NCBI GenBank assembly: GCA_042091695.1
Contig: JBELHA010000002.1
Location: 18,260 to 82,259 of the forward strand
Source: Flavicella sp.
GTDB lineage: Bacteria > Bacteroidota > Bacteroidia > Flavobacteriales > Flavobacteriaceae
Length of the DNA stretch: 64,000 nucleotides
Reading direction: 5' to 3'
Of this stretch, positions 9,701 to 18,709 are shown piece by piece; within the stretch, counting starts at the first letter, position 1; each line of letters opens with the position of its first letter. The notes under the pieces are model-generated. The model made no database searches. It was given only the letters and a program-made list of their open reading frames with translations, and was not told the DNA's origin. Both the position numbers and the translations under genes were made by a program.

Positions 9701-10271
9701 ATAATTTTCCAAACCTACTTTGTCCTGTATAGTTCCCTTCATCATCTCGTCCACCATCAGAACTTCTCATAGATTTTTCCATACTCCAGATACTGTCATT
9801 TTCAAAAGAGGTATTTGGCCATCGTGCAAGGTCTGCCACTTTTTTATCTGGAAATAACTGCCAAATGTCATTTTCAATAGGACTGGTATAGATTCCATTT
9901 TTCCAAAGTGTCCATTGTGTGTTCAATTTTGATGCACCTATAAAAGTTACTTTTTCGTTATTGTAATTTGAAACGATAGTCTTGTTTCCTTCGTTTTTTT
10001 GAAAATTAATCAGATTGACGTCTATCCTGTAACTTCCTTCTCTCAATAAAATTTGAGCATCCCCTTGAATAGTTTCAAAAGCGTGTTGAAGTGTTTTCCA
10101 AGGTTTCGCAATCGTTCCAATGTTGGAGTCATTTCCATGGACTGAAACGTAGTAAGTATTTGAAAGGCTCGGTGTTTTAGCATACACGGGGTTTTTAAAG
10201 AAAATAGCTAGGTGTACTATAAATAGTATCTTGAATATAAAAGAGGTATTTAAGTAATTGTGTGAGTGCAT
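6777..10271 (-). CDS. T9SS-secreted right-handed beta-helix protein (putative polysaccharide-degrading enzyme) with Fn3-like module, CBM-like module and type A CTD
   Basis: Signal peptide; YYVSVHGNDSN.GT..KPWKTLQHA start of beta-helix; ARWPN; DFRPKKNSPIIDAG...APDMGAYE; TYYWRVD...GDIWSFTT; C-terminal VYPNPVKEHLYI...LSGISSGIYLLKL. Confidence 0.75.
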   Translation of the reverse strand: MHSHNYLNTSFIFKILFIVHLAIFFKNPVYAKTPSLSNTYYVSVHGNDSNIGTIAKPWKTLQHAFETIQGDAQILLREGSYRIDVNLINFQKNEGNKTIVSNYNNEKVTFIGASKLNTQWTLWKNGIYTSPIENDIWQLFPDKKVADLARWPNTSFENDSIWSMEKSMRSSDGGRDDEGNYTGQSRFGKLYDGDFPQYSRSEFSEGETNYVIKNQLTSLAESNIDFQGAFAVLNIGHWITWTRKITQHSTGQPYFEYDTEGLEEEHLKKYGAYYIYGLAALDKVNEWWYEKDAKLLYYKPSSLEALQQTDFYGRDQDVAITFENCQNITFRGIEFFATGYFIKNSDYIVFEDCDFNYPSTHKFVLGNTAFFKSWNPIEPKANITSSVQNGRHSKFIDCTFFRSNAPIFMMGKDMTIDNCSFTDIEWDLNSNGASGSVTFGENTLITRCTLEKTGNSEGLRPNGSGGIIRLNRITNAGNLQHDGAAINIGTKDHKNVLVENNWVHDSQKQGIRFDDSGNNQLNEEGEVYGDGIYRNNVTWNTQVNQIKGDRHLVLNNTIINTKQFKNPYREEYNLTIMGFRAMHNSEANAKTITRNNISKLVHRTWNLNKEKTLEDGYIQPNAYVIPGKNSNNTNTAGAAYTYLRDPINYDFRPKKNSPIIDAGALVSTDEIPSDKYSYTPKDFEGIAPDMGAYEDGDEHYWIPGRMLEKSSMPIPKNRSTTALISSDLMWLPAYESSKNKIYLGTSSESLSLVSEQNTNLLLLEYLQGNTTYYWRVDCWVNNTWKIGDIWSFTTGESTFQYCTTNPSLVEEFTTDSNADYNAAPWVAHKDMQGEVHLAENKLLIQPNTMSGTTNVWSSEQLFYDTSVDIKTYPFLTFNYETPNRNSPFSFVTQINSNQKKSNRNKGITMLASASTNVGTAIIQLQPLLDNWNDLHGDDWTELEKLIFRINPNGNWSPETDGNLWIDDFKVGFSAIKEYVSSPQIVSYNPIEINKNDRYRLGYKDLNIEVSYQNTSYPFPSCNDSFENWELRVDEGSNYTIENGVVIPDNNFEGELYVPVALLVNDTEESKIMVPIFVKQDGTNLGVHKEKQKYLVYPNPVKEHLYISKSQEINNLEIFDQKGQKVKQIIKPQTKVSLSGISSGIYLLKLVYQDGNYQVVKLIKN

Positions 10272-10478
10272 ATTTTAGTTTTAAAAATAAGAAACAGTAA
10301 GAGACGAATTGTAGTAAAAATATAGCATTTTGTACTATATTTTTTATGGGGCGTCTTTTTTGGGATTGTTTTTAGGATATTTTCTATCATCTTTTTCAAG
10401 TTTATAAATTGTTGTATTTTTCGAAAGACTCTTTATTTTATTGTACTTTGTAGGAGATAAAATTAATTACAATAGTAT

Positions 10479-11534
10479 ATGTATACACGCCGTATTTTCC
10501 GTCTGAGAGAAATGATCTTATGGACGCGTTTTGAGACACTTTTTTTTATTTTGTTTATCAGTTTATTAGTAGGTGTATATGCTTATTTTGATCTGTATTG
10601 GTTTAAAATTCCTTGGACTGCAATCACTTTGATAGGTACTGCAGTTTCCTTTATCATAGGTTTTCAAAACAATTCTGTTTATGGAAGGATATGGGAAGCT
10701 CGAAAGATATGGGGTGGTATTGTGAATACCTCTAGAACTTTCGGAGTTTTTACCAAAGATATGGTGCGTCCTACCAAAGAAATGCCTGCTATTTCTGATA
10801 CTGCACTTTTAGAAGAAGTCAAGCTATTGACCTACCGACATATTGCATGGATGACCGCTTTGCGTTACAGTATGAGAGCTGACAAACCTTGGGAAACCAA
10901 TCTCAAAACAAAGACAAATACCGAATGGGGATTATTGCCTCCAGAAAAGAAAGCTCGATTGGAAGACGCACTATGTCCCTATATATCAGCTGAAAATCTA
11001 AGTTATGTTTTGTCCAAAGCCAACCCCCAAACTGCTTTACTGTATTTGCAATCAGAACACCTAAGGGCTTTGAAAGAAAAAGGGTGGCTATGGGAATTTT
11101 CCTTTCTAAAGATAGAGGGGGTTATACAGCAGTTTTTCGATTTACAAGGAAAGTCAGAACGGATTAAAAACTTTCCTTTTCCAAGGCAATACGCAACAAT
11201 TAATCATTATTTTATGTGGATATTATTGTTGTTATTACCTGTGGCATTGATTCCTCAATTTGCGGAGATAGGGTTAAATATCGCCGCATCTCACTCAGAT
11301 TTAGGTAAATTATTTGTGTGGTTTACCATTCCTTTCTATACTGCTGTTGCATGGGTGTTTCACACTATGGAGCGCATCGGTAGAACTGGAGAAAACCCAT
11401 TTGAAGGTACACCCAACGATGTGCCTATTTCCACAATAGCTAGAGGAATTGAAATAGATTTACGAGAAAATCTCGGGGATGATGAAGCTATAATTCCTAG
11501 CCAATTCCCTGTGGAAAGACATGTACAATGGTAA
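10479..11534 (+). CDS. Bestrophin-family ion channel (YneE-like)
   Basis: SFIIGFQNN.VYGRIWEARKIWGGIVNTSR; ENPFEGTPNDVPISTI; four hydrophobic segments. Confidence 0.88.
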   Translation: MYTRRIFRLREMILWTRFETLFFILFISLLVGVYAYFDLYWFKIPWTAITLIGTAVSFIIGFQNNSVYGRIWEARKIWGGIVNTSRTFGVFTKDMVRPTKEMPAISDTALLEEVKLLTYRHIAWMTALRYSMRADKPWETNLKTKTNTEWGLLPPEKKARLEDALCPYISAENLSYVLSKANPQTALLYLQSEHLRALKEKGWLWEFSFLKIEGVIQQFFDLQGKSERIKNFPFPRQYATINHYFMWILLLLLPVALIPQFAEIGLNIAASHSDLGKLFVWFTIPFYTAVAWVFHTMERIGRTGENPFEGTPNDVPISTIARGIEIDLRENLGDDEAIIPSQFPVERHVQW

Positions 11535-11948
11535 GCTTATATTAACACTCTTTTTTCAATAAAAAAACAATCTTTATCGTTTCGCTTTGTAGTCAGTGGT
11601 TTCTTTTTAGTATACTTCTTTGAAATAGTATTTGTCTTTGCATACAGTACAATTTTACACAACGATTAGTACAAAAGCAAATAGTATCAAGTAACTAGGT
11701 GCTTACAGTTTATAAATATAAAAACAAGCAGATTAGACTTTACTTCTTAAAAAGTCTAGTTGTGAGGATATAATGTGTTGAACTCATAGAATTATTTACA
11801 GTATGATATCTCTAATTAGTTACTAATTTTAAAATTATACAAGTACACTTATTTATTATATGGAGAATTGTGAAATATCATAAATAGCAATATTTATAGT
11901 TATTTATAATTTAAATATATATATATTGGCCCAAAAAAATTGCCACTT

Positions 11949-12467
11949 ATGATAAAAAACAACTCTGTTTGTGAAGCTGTTATATTTGAAAAGTTGTACA
12001 AACAGTACTCCAAAACACTGTATAGTTTTCTCTACTACAAATGTGGAGACAAAGCACAAGCGGAAGATCTGGTACAGGAAGCCTTTGTCAAAATGTGGCA
12101 GAATTGTGCGAAGGTAGTTTTTGAAAAAGCAAAATCTTTTCTATATACTGTTGCCAACAATCAATTTTTAAATCAAGTAGCACACCATAAAGTAGTTTTA
12201 AAACACAGAACGCATTTAAAATCTGGAATCAATACTGAAAGTCCAGAGTTCGTCTTGGAGGAAAAAGAATTTATGTCAAAGTTACAAACTGCGATTTCAG
12301 AACTAACAGAAGCCCAAAGAGAAGTTTTTTTACTCAATAGAATTGATAAAAAAACCTATAGAGAAATTTCTGAAATGTTGGGAATTTCAGTCAAAGCAAT
12401 TGAAAAAAGAATGCATGGAGCTCTCTTAAAACTTAGAGAGCATCTAAAAACCAGTGTGAAATTTTAG
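11949..12467 (+). CDS. ECF-type RNA polymerase sigma factor
   Basis: Region 2 AEDLVQEAFVKMW...KSFLYTVANN; region 4 QREVFLL.R....TY.EISEMLGISVKAIEKRM. ATG at 11949 preferred over TTG at 11940. Confidence 0.92.
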   Translation: MIKNNSVCEAVIFEKLYKQYSKTLYSFLYYKCGDKAQAEDLVQEAFVKMWQNCAKVVFEKAKSFLYTVANNQFLNQVAHHKVVLKHRTHLKSGINTESPEFVLEEKEFMSKLQTAISELTEAQREVFLLNRIDKKTYREISEMLGISVKAIEKRMHGALLKLREHLKTSVKF

Positions 12468-12552
12468 GCATTTAGGTTTTATATAGCATCTAAACATTCT
12501 TTTAGTAGGGTGTTTAGCAACAAAACGGTTACTAATATACGATACAACTATT

Positions 12553-13461
12553 ATGGAATCCATAGAAAAAGACGGTACTTTTTTAGGTAGGTGGTTAAAC
12601 AACTCACTAAGCGAAGAGGAGCGTCAAAAATTTGAACAGACTACAGAATTTAAAGAGTACCAGAAGATTGTAAAACAAACGGAATTTCTGGAAGTTCCTC
12701 TTTTCGACCAGAAAGGAGTTTTCGAAAAAATTCAAAAGGAGATTGGCCAATCACAAAAAGTACGTCCTTTGTTTTCTAGATGGATATCTGGAATTGCAGC
12801 TTCAATCGCCATTGTATTTGGAATTTATTTTTGGAACAATCAGGATACTACTTTTAAAACATCTCCAGGAGAAACCTTAGCCTTTCAACTTCCAGACGGC
12901 TCAAAAGTGGAACTAAATGCAGGTTCTGAACTCTCTTATGATCACGCTACATGGGAGGAAGGTGACCGAAGTTTATCACTCAAGGGAGAGGCTTATTTCA
13001 AGGTTGAAAAAGGATCTAAGTTTACAGTAGAAACTTCGAGTGGTTCGGTAAGTGTGTTGGGTACTCAATTCAATGTAAAACAATACCAATCTTATTTTGA
13101 AGTACATTGTTTTGAAGGTCGTGTTCACGTTTTGGATTTAGATAATGATTTGGTGTTACAACCTGGAAAAGGATTCCAAAGGTATCAAAATAAGCCGGCA
13201 ATACTAACTGAATTTGCTACAACAACTCCATCTTGGATGGCAGGAGAATCCTCATTTACTAAAGTTCCATTGGCTGTCGTTATAGCAGCACTCGAACGTC
13301 AATATGCGATTGAAATCCAATGGAAAGGAACTGAGTCAGTTCAAACTTTTTCTGGAAGTTTTACGAATACGAATTTAGAGGTGGCTCTTCAAACCATTTG
13401 TATACCAATGGGATTACAGTTTGCCTTTGAAAAAGATGGCACTTGTACAATAAGCAAATAA
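12553..13461 (+). CDS. FecR-family anti-sigma / transmembrane signal transducer
   Basis: Single TM segment (WISGIAASIAIVFGIYFW); LPDGSKVELNAGSEL; L.GEAYF.V; VLGTQFNV; C-terminal DUF4974-like region; directly after the ECF sigma gene. Confidence 0.92.
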   Translation: MESIEKDGTFLGRWLNNSLSEEERQKFEQTTEFKEYQKIVKQTEFLEVPLFDQKGVFEKIQKEIGQSQKVRPLFSRWISGIAASIAIVFGIYFWNNQDTTFKTSPGETLAFQLPDGSKVELNAGSELSYDHATWEEGDRSLSLKGEAYFKVEKGSKFTVETSSGSVSVLGTQFNVKQYQSYFEVHCFEGRVHVLDLDNDLVLQPGKGFQRYQNKPAILTEFATTTPSWMAGESSFTKVPLAVVIAALERQYAIEIQWKGTESVQTFSGSFTNTNLEVALQTICIPMGLQFAFEKDGTCTISK

Positions 13462-16076
13462 TAATTTTTCTGTTGCTTTTTTGCAACGAGATTACTGTAC
13501 CCTCTGTGTATAGCCAAAAAGCTGTTCATGGGCAGCAAAAATTGCTCCCCTTGGAAAGTGTTTTACAAGCAATTGAAGAAACCTTTGATATTCGTTTTTC
13601 ATACAGTGATTCAGATATTAAAGGGCATGAGATATCTTTTGATTGGCAGCATTTGACGCTTGACGAAATCCTTTCAAAATTAACGGCAACAATACCATTT
13701 GTATGCAAGCGTATTGATATGCGATATGTCACATTGCAAAAGAAAGATGAAATGGTTTTTTCTATCTGTGGCTACGTATTAGATTCCGTTACCAACGACC
13801 CGATTCCCTTTGCATCTGTTACGGCAGAGGATCAATTTTTTGGAGAATTGACTGATAGTAAGGGGTATTTTGAACTTGACAATCTAGTCCGAAATACGAG
13901 GCTTCAGATTGCGTATTTCGGGTATAAAAATACAACAGTATCTGCGATAGAATTTAAAAAATCAGCCACTTGCAAATCGATCTATCTTTATGAAGCGACA
14001 GAGCTTTTAAATGAAGTGTTGATCACTGACTACTTAGCGCAGGGAATGCAAAAAAAGAAAGATGGATCTATACAGGTTTCCCCACGTAAATTAGGACTTC
14101 TACCTGGGCTTACAGAACCTGATATATTTAAAAGTTTGCAGCTTTTACCTGGAGTGCAAAGCAGTAACGAAAGTGCTTCTGTCTTACATATTCGAGGAGG
14201 TACTCCCGACCATAACCTAGTTCTAGTTGACGGGATTACACTGTATGAAACGGGGCATTTTTTCGGATTGATATCCGCTATAAATCCCTATGTAATCAAT
14301 ACGGTAAATTTTTTTAAAAATGCTGCATATGCAAGGTATGGTCAGCGTATTGGTGGTGTACTAGCCATCAATACAGGAGACGATATTTCAGAAGTTTCGT
14401 ATGGTTTTGGTTCTAATTTATTGCATGCAGATGCCTTCGTAAAAACTCCATTGTTTGAGGGGAAAACAGGTATTGTTTTTTCTTTTAGACGCTCCTTGAC
14501 CGATGTCTTTAATTCAAAACCTTATGCTTCATTTTCGGAAACTACCTTACAAGATGCAAAGGTAATAGCTTCCATAAACCAACAATCTAATACTGTGTTC
14601 CAATCAGAAACTCAGAATGTAAATAACTTTTTTTATAGAGACTTTAACTGGAAAGTAATTCAAAATATTACGGAACATGAGCGATTGACTTTGAGTGGGT
14701 TGTATACCCGAAACAAGTTGGACTATCAAGAAAATAGTTTTGAAAATTCTTTTGAAAGTCTCCTGTCTATCTCCAATACTGGTTTGGGTTTGAAATGGGA
14801 TAAAAATTGGGGAACTTCCTGGAGTTTTGTAAGTTCATTATCCATGTCAAAGTTCAATAGTAGTTATGTAGGTACACTCTTAGCTATAGATAATGGAACA
14901 AATTCAAGTTCATTGGGAGATTTTAAGGCAGTCAATTCGGTAACTGATTTTGAGTTTAAGAATCGTTTTGATAAGACATTTTCTCAAAATACTGTTTGGA
15001 GTTTTGGTTATCAATTATCAAGGTATAAAGTGCACTATGATTACTACAATTCCAATAGGGGGAGTCAAGGAAATAATGTTTTAGGTTTGGGGGCAGCTTC
15101 AAGCAGCACGCATTCCATTTTTGCAACCTATAATATGCAGACAGATACCGATTGGGGGATCATGTTAGGAGTAAGAGTTCCCTACTATACTGCCTTGTCT
15201 CAATTTTTTACAGAGCCAAGGGTGACGCTAACAAAATACATTTCAGAATCCTTGCAATTGTGTTTTTCTGCAGAAGCAAAGAGTCAGTTGATCCGACAAA
15301 TTGATGAATATCGTTTTGATGGTTTGGATTTGACAGATCATATATGGGTACTTGCCAATGATCGGAATGTTCCTTTTTTGAAAAACATTCAATACTCAAT
15401 TGGTGGTGTTTATCATAAAAAAGGGTGGTCTTTGGATGTAGATTTCTACTCAAAACAATTTTCAGGAGTCGCTTTACTTTCTTCAGATATAGCAACGCTA
15501 TCAAGCCCTTATCTCTACGGAACTTCGAATACCTATGGAATAGATATATTGCTCAAAAAACGTTTTAATAAGTATAAAACTTGGTTGAGTTATACGCTTT
15601 CGAATACCTCATACAGTTTTGAAAAACTAAATAATGGGGCACGTTTACAGGGGATGCAAGATATACCACATACATTGGTTTGGTCTCACAATTACAGTTT
15701 AGGGCAGGTGGATTTTTCATTGGGACTTAATTGGCACTCGGGAATTCCATATACAGCAGCTTTAGATGTGGTCAACGGTCCTTTGGACACCCCTCAGATT
15801 TTGTACGGTAATGAAAGAAATACGGAACGTTTGCCAGCGTATAAAAAAGTAGATTTCTCAGTTGTTTATAATTTTAGCTTTTCTAAAAATTCAAATTACA
15901 AAGGCAAATTAGGTCTTTCACTAGGCAATGTTTTTGATACAGAAAATATATTAGATAGAACCAATGAGATTGTATACAGTCCCTCTACACTTTCTGGAAA
16001 AGATTATGTGTTAGAAGTAAAAGAAAGAAAGGCTCTCGGACGCACTCCCAATCTTGTTTTTCGTTTTTATTTTTAA
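13443..16076 (+). CDS. TonB-dependent receptor with N-terminal signalling (STN-like) extension and CarboxypepD_reg-like domain
   Basis: Plug motif SLQLLPGV...IRGGTPDHNLVL.DGI.LY..GHFFGL; C-terminal aromatic FYF; follows ECF/FecR. Start codon (TTG) uncertain. Confidence 0.85.
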   Translation: MYNKQIIIFLLLFCNEITVPSVYSQKAVHGQQKLLPLESVLQAIEETFDIRFSYSDSDIKGHEISFDWQHLTLDEILSKLTATIPFVCKRIDMRYVTLQKKDEMVFSICGYVLDSVTNDPIPFASVTAEDQFFGELTDSKGYFELDNLVRNTRLQIAYFGYKNTTVSAIEFKKSATCKSIYLYEATELLNEVLITDYLAQGMQKKKDGSIQVSPRKLGLLPGLTEPDIFKSLQLLPGVQSSNESASVLHIRGGTPDHNLVLVDGITLYETGHFFGLISAINPYVINTVNFFKNAAYARYGQRIGGVLAINTGDDISEVSYGFGSNLLHADAFVKTPLFEGKTGIVFSFRRSLTDVFNSKPYASFSETTLQDAKVIASINQQSNTVFQSETQNVNNFFYRDFNWKVIQNITEHERLTLSGLYTRNKLDYQENSFENSFESLLSISNTGLGLKWDKNWGTSWSFVSSLSMSKFNSSYVGTLLAIDNGTNSSSLGDFKAVNSVTDFEFKNRFDKTFSQNTVWSFGYQLSRYKVHYDYYNSNRGSQGNNVLGLGAASSSTHSIFATYNMQTDTDWGIMLGVRVPYYTALSQFFTEPRVTLTKYISESLQLCFSAEAKSQLIRQIDEYRFDGLDLTDHIWVLANDRNVPFLKNIQYSIGGVYHKKGWSLDVDFYSKQFSGVALLSSDIATLSSPYLYGTSNTYGIDILLKKRFNKYKTWLSYTLSNTSYSFEKLNNGARLQGMQDIPHTLVWSHNYSLGQVDFSLGLNWHSGIPYTAALDVVNGPLDTPQILYGNERNTERLPAYKKVDFSVVYNFSFSKNSNYKGKLGLSLGNVFDTENILDRTNEIVYSPSTLSGKDYVLEVKERKALGRTPNLVFRFYF

Positions 16077-16092
16077 TGTACTACAGTAAAAT

Positions 16093-17235
16093 CTACCCTT
16101 TTTCCTTGCTGTGTAGCAGTCGTGTCAATTTTATGGAGGTGTCTAATAGGATGATTTTTGGGTTTCCATTTCTTTCAATATGGTACATAGCATCGCTGAT
16201 TTCTTTTTCAATTCCTACGATATTTCCACTATGAACGAAAGGTGCAAATTTTTCCATTGAGAAACCTTGTGTTTGGGTTTCTAAAAAGACCAATTCTTTG
16301 GCATTGAAATTAAAAAGCATGGCTTGTCTAAAAAATTGAAGGCAGTACTGTAGAAAGCTTTTTTGGGTTTCTCTTCCTGTTTTTGCAATGACCTCACTCC
16401 ATTGTACTAAGTTTTGAATAACAGCAGGGTTTCCTTTTGCTTTAAAGGCACTGCGAACCCAGTTGATAAACCATTCCTCGTAGAGTAAATCATTAGAGTC
16501 TTGCTTTAGTATTTGTAGGGATTTGTTGTAATTCCCATCAGATTGTACTGCTATTTTTGAAGCTTCAGCAGGAAATGAATTTTCTCGTTCCACCAAGCCA
16601 TCGGCAATGTCCTTCTCACTCAATACTGGGAATTTCAATATTTGACATCGAGAAAGGATGGTATTTAACATTTTATCTTCGTCTTCAGCAACTAGTAAAA
16701 AAACCGTTTTTTCAGGGGGTTCTTCAATGAGTTTGAGTAGCTTGTTTGCAGCGTCAATATTCATTTTTTCAGCCATCCAAATCACCATCACTTTGTATCC
16801 TCCTTCGTAGGCTTTTAATTTAAGAGATTTTACGATTTGCTCAGCTTCATCTACACCAATTTTTCCTTGTTTGTTTTCTATCTGAATTTCTTGATACCAG
16901 TCGATCAAGCTTCCATATGGTTTTTCTTTTATAAAGCTCCTCCATTCTTCTAGAAATAGATTGCTGATGGGATGTTTTTTTACTGAACTGTTAATTGCGA
17001 CAGGGAATGCGAAGTGCAAATCAGGGTGGGCTAACTTTTCACATTTTAGAGCGCAACTTTCTTTGTCCTCACTATGAGCGCACAATAGATATTGCGCATA
17101 GGCGATCGCACTTACGAGTGTTCCGGTTCCTTCTTTGCCAACAAATAACTGAGCATGAGAAATACGTTGTTTGTCTACCGTAGTTTTAAGGTGACTTTTG
17201 ATGTGTTCTTGTCCTATAATATCTGAAAAAAGCAT
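16093..17235 (-). CDS. holB: DNA polymerase III subunit delta'
   Basis: F..IIGQEHIK; SHAQLF.G.EG.G; HPDLHF; AANKLLKLIEEPP; TILSRCQ. ATG at 17235. Confidence 0.93.
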   Translation of the reverse strand: MLFSDIIGQEHIKSHLKTTVDKQRISHAQLFVGKEGTGTLVSAIAYAQYLLCAHSEDKESCALKCEKLAHPDLHFAFPVAINSSVKKHPISNLFLEEWRSFIKEKPYGSLIDWYQEIQIENKQGKIGVDEAEQIVKSLKLKAYEGGYKVMVIWMAEKMNIDAANKLLKLIEEPPEKTVFLLVAEDEDKMLNTILSRCQILKFPVLSEKDIADGLVERENSFPAEASKIAVQSDGNYNKSLQILKQDSNDLLYEEWFINWVRSAFKAKGNPAVIQNLVQWSEVIAKTGRETQKSFLQYCLQFFRQAMLFNFNAKELVFLETQTQGFSMEKFAPFVHSGNIVGIEKEISDAMYHIERNGNPKIILLDTSIKLTRLLHSKEKG

Positions 17236-17388
17236 AGACAAATATACAATAAAGATGCGAGTGGCTCACTTAGAGTTTTTGGAATTATTTTTGAAATTAT
17301 AGGCAGAGTTCCGTCGATTATTTTGAAAAATTACAAAAACGTTGTAGTAGCTTTTTAATGAATCAAATTCAACAAAAAAAAATAAAGG

Positions 17389-17396
17389 TATATTTG
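17389..17396 (+). promoter_or_regulatory. Bacteroidota -7 promoter element for pgk
   Basis: TATATTTG, ending 25 nt before the ATG. Confidence 0.6.
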
Positions 17397-17421
17397 TTTA
17401 ATTTTTTAATAAAACGAGAAG

Positions 17422-18603
17422 ATGAAAACAATCAAAGACATTAATTTTGAAGGAAAGAAAGCTTTAATTAGGGTAGATTTTAACGTACCGCTAAACAAGG
17501 AGTTTAAGGTGACGGATATCACGAGGATCAAGGCGGCTAAGCCAACAATTATAAAAGTATTGGAAGATGGTGGTTCTGCAGTTTTAATGTCACACTTAGG
17601 GAGACCAAAAGGTGTTGAGGCGAAGTTTTCATTACAACATATTGTTTCAAAAGTGAGTGAAGTTTTAGGAGTTCAGGCAAAGTTTGTCGCTAGTTGTGTG
17701 GGTGCTGATGCAGAAGCTGCAGTGGCAAACTTACAAGCGGGAGAAGTTTTGATTTTGGAGAACTTGAGATTTCACAAAGAAGAAACTGCTGGGGATGTGT
17801 CTTTTTCTGAGCAGTTGTCTAAATTAGGTGATATTTATGTAAATGACGCCTTTGGAACAGCACATAGAGCACATGCTTCAACTACTGTTGTTGCACAGTT
17901 TTTTGAAGAAAAGGCTGCTGGTTTTGTAATGGAAGCCGAATTGGTAAACGCTGATAAGGTATTGAAAGGGGCAGAAAAGCCTTTTACTTCTATCATGGGT
18001 GGTGCTAAAGTTTCAGATAAATTATTGATTATTGAAAAATTATTAGACGTTGCCGATAACATCATTATTGGTGGGGGTATGTCGTATACATTTGCTAAAG
18101 CTGCTGGTGGAAATATAGGACAGTCACTTTGTGAAGATGACAAATTAGAATACGTAGTTGAATTGCAAGCCAAAGCAAAAGCCAAGGGAGTGAATTTGAT
18201 CTTCCCAATTGATTCTTTGATTGCAGACGATTTTTCTAACGATGCAAATACACAAATAGTAGCAAAAGGATGTATCCCTGATGCTTGGGAAGGTCTTGAT
18301 ATCGGTCCAGAAAGTCAAGCTTTGTTTGCAGACATTATTAAGAATTCAAAAACAGTATTGTGGAACGGTCCTATGGGAGTTTTTGAAATACCTGCTTTTG
18401 AAAAAGGAACAGTTGCGGTTGCCAACGCTGTTAAAGAAGCTACTGAAAACGGTGCTTTTTCTTTGATAGGTGGTGGAGATTCAGCAGCGGCTATTAATAA
18501 TTTAGGTTTTGGTGAGGATGTTTCTTATGTTTCAACAGGTGGAGGAGCCCTGTTAGAGTATATGGAAGGAAAAGTATTGCCAGGTGTAAAAGCTATTTCT
18601 TAA
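17422..18603 (+). CDS. pgk: Phosphoglycerate kinase
   Basis: IRVDFNVPL; SHLGRPKG; LENLRF; NDAFGTAHRAHAS; WNGPMGVFE; GGGDS; STGGGA.LEY.EGK.LPG. Confidence 0.99.
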   Translation: MKTIKDINFEGKKALIRVDFNVPLNKEFKVTDITRIKAAKPTIIKVLEDGGSAVLMSHLGRPKGVEAKFSLQHIVSKVSEVLGVQAKFVASCVGADAEAAVANLQAGEVLILENLRFHKEETAGDVSFSEQLSKLGDIYVNDAFGTAHRAHASTTVVAQFFEEKAAGFVMEAELVNADKVLKGAEKPFTSIMGGAKVSDKLLIIEKLLDVADNIIIGGGMSYTFAKAAGGNIGQSLCEDDKLEYVVELQAKAKAKGVNLIFPIDSLIADDFSNDANTQIVAKGCIPDAWEGLDIGPESQALFADIIKNSKTVLWNGPMGVFEIPAFEKGTVAVANAVKEATENGAFSLIGGGDSAAAINNLGFGEDVSYVSTGGGALLEYMEGKVLPGVKAIS

Positions 18604-18631
18604 TACATTACAGATATAATTTATAGACTAG

Positions 18632-18664
18632 AAAACGTTTTCAACCTTTTGAAAACGTTTTTTT
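18632..18664 (+). terminator. Rho-independent terminator after pgk
   Basis: AAAACGTTTTCAA-CCTT-TTGAAAACGTTTT followed by T tail. Confidence 0.8.
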
Positions 18665-18709
18665 GTTATTTTTATAGGTATAAAAAAAGCAAAACTAAAG
18701 TTACAAAAT

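Noticed and set aside
11535-11939. ~400-bp AT-rich spacer with a weak hairpin (11734-11758) as a possible sRNA or riboswitch
   Set aside because: Only an 8-bp AT-rich stem, no recognisable riboswitch or tRNA motif and no clear promoter-terminator pair.
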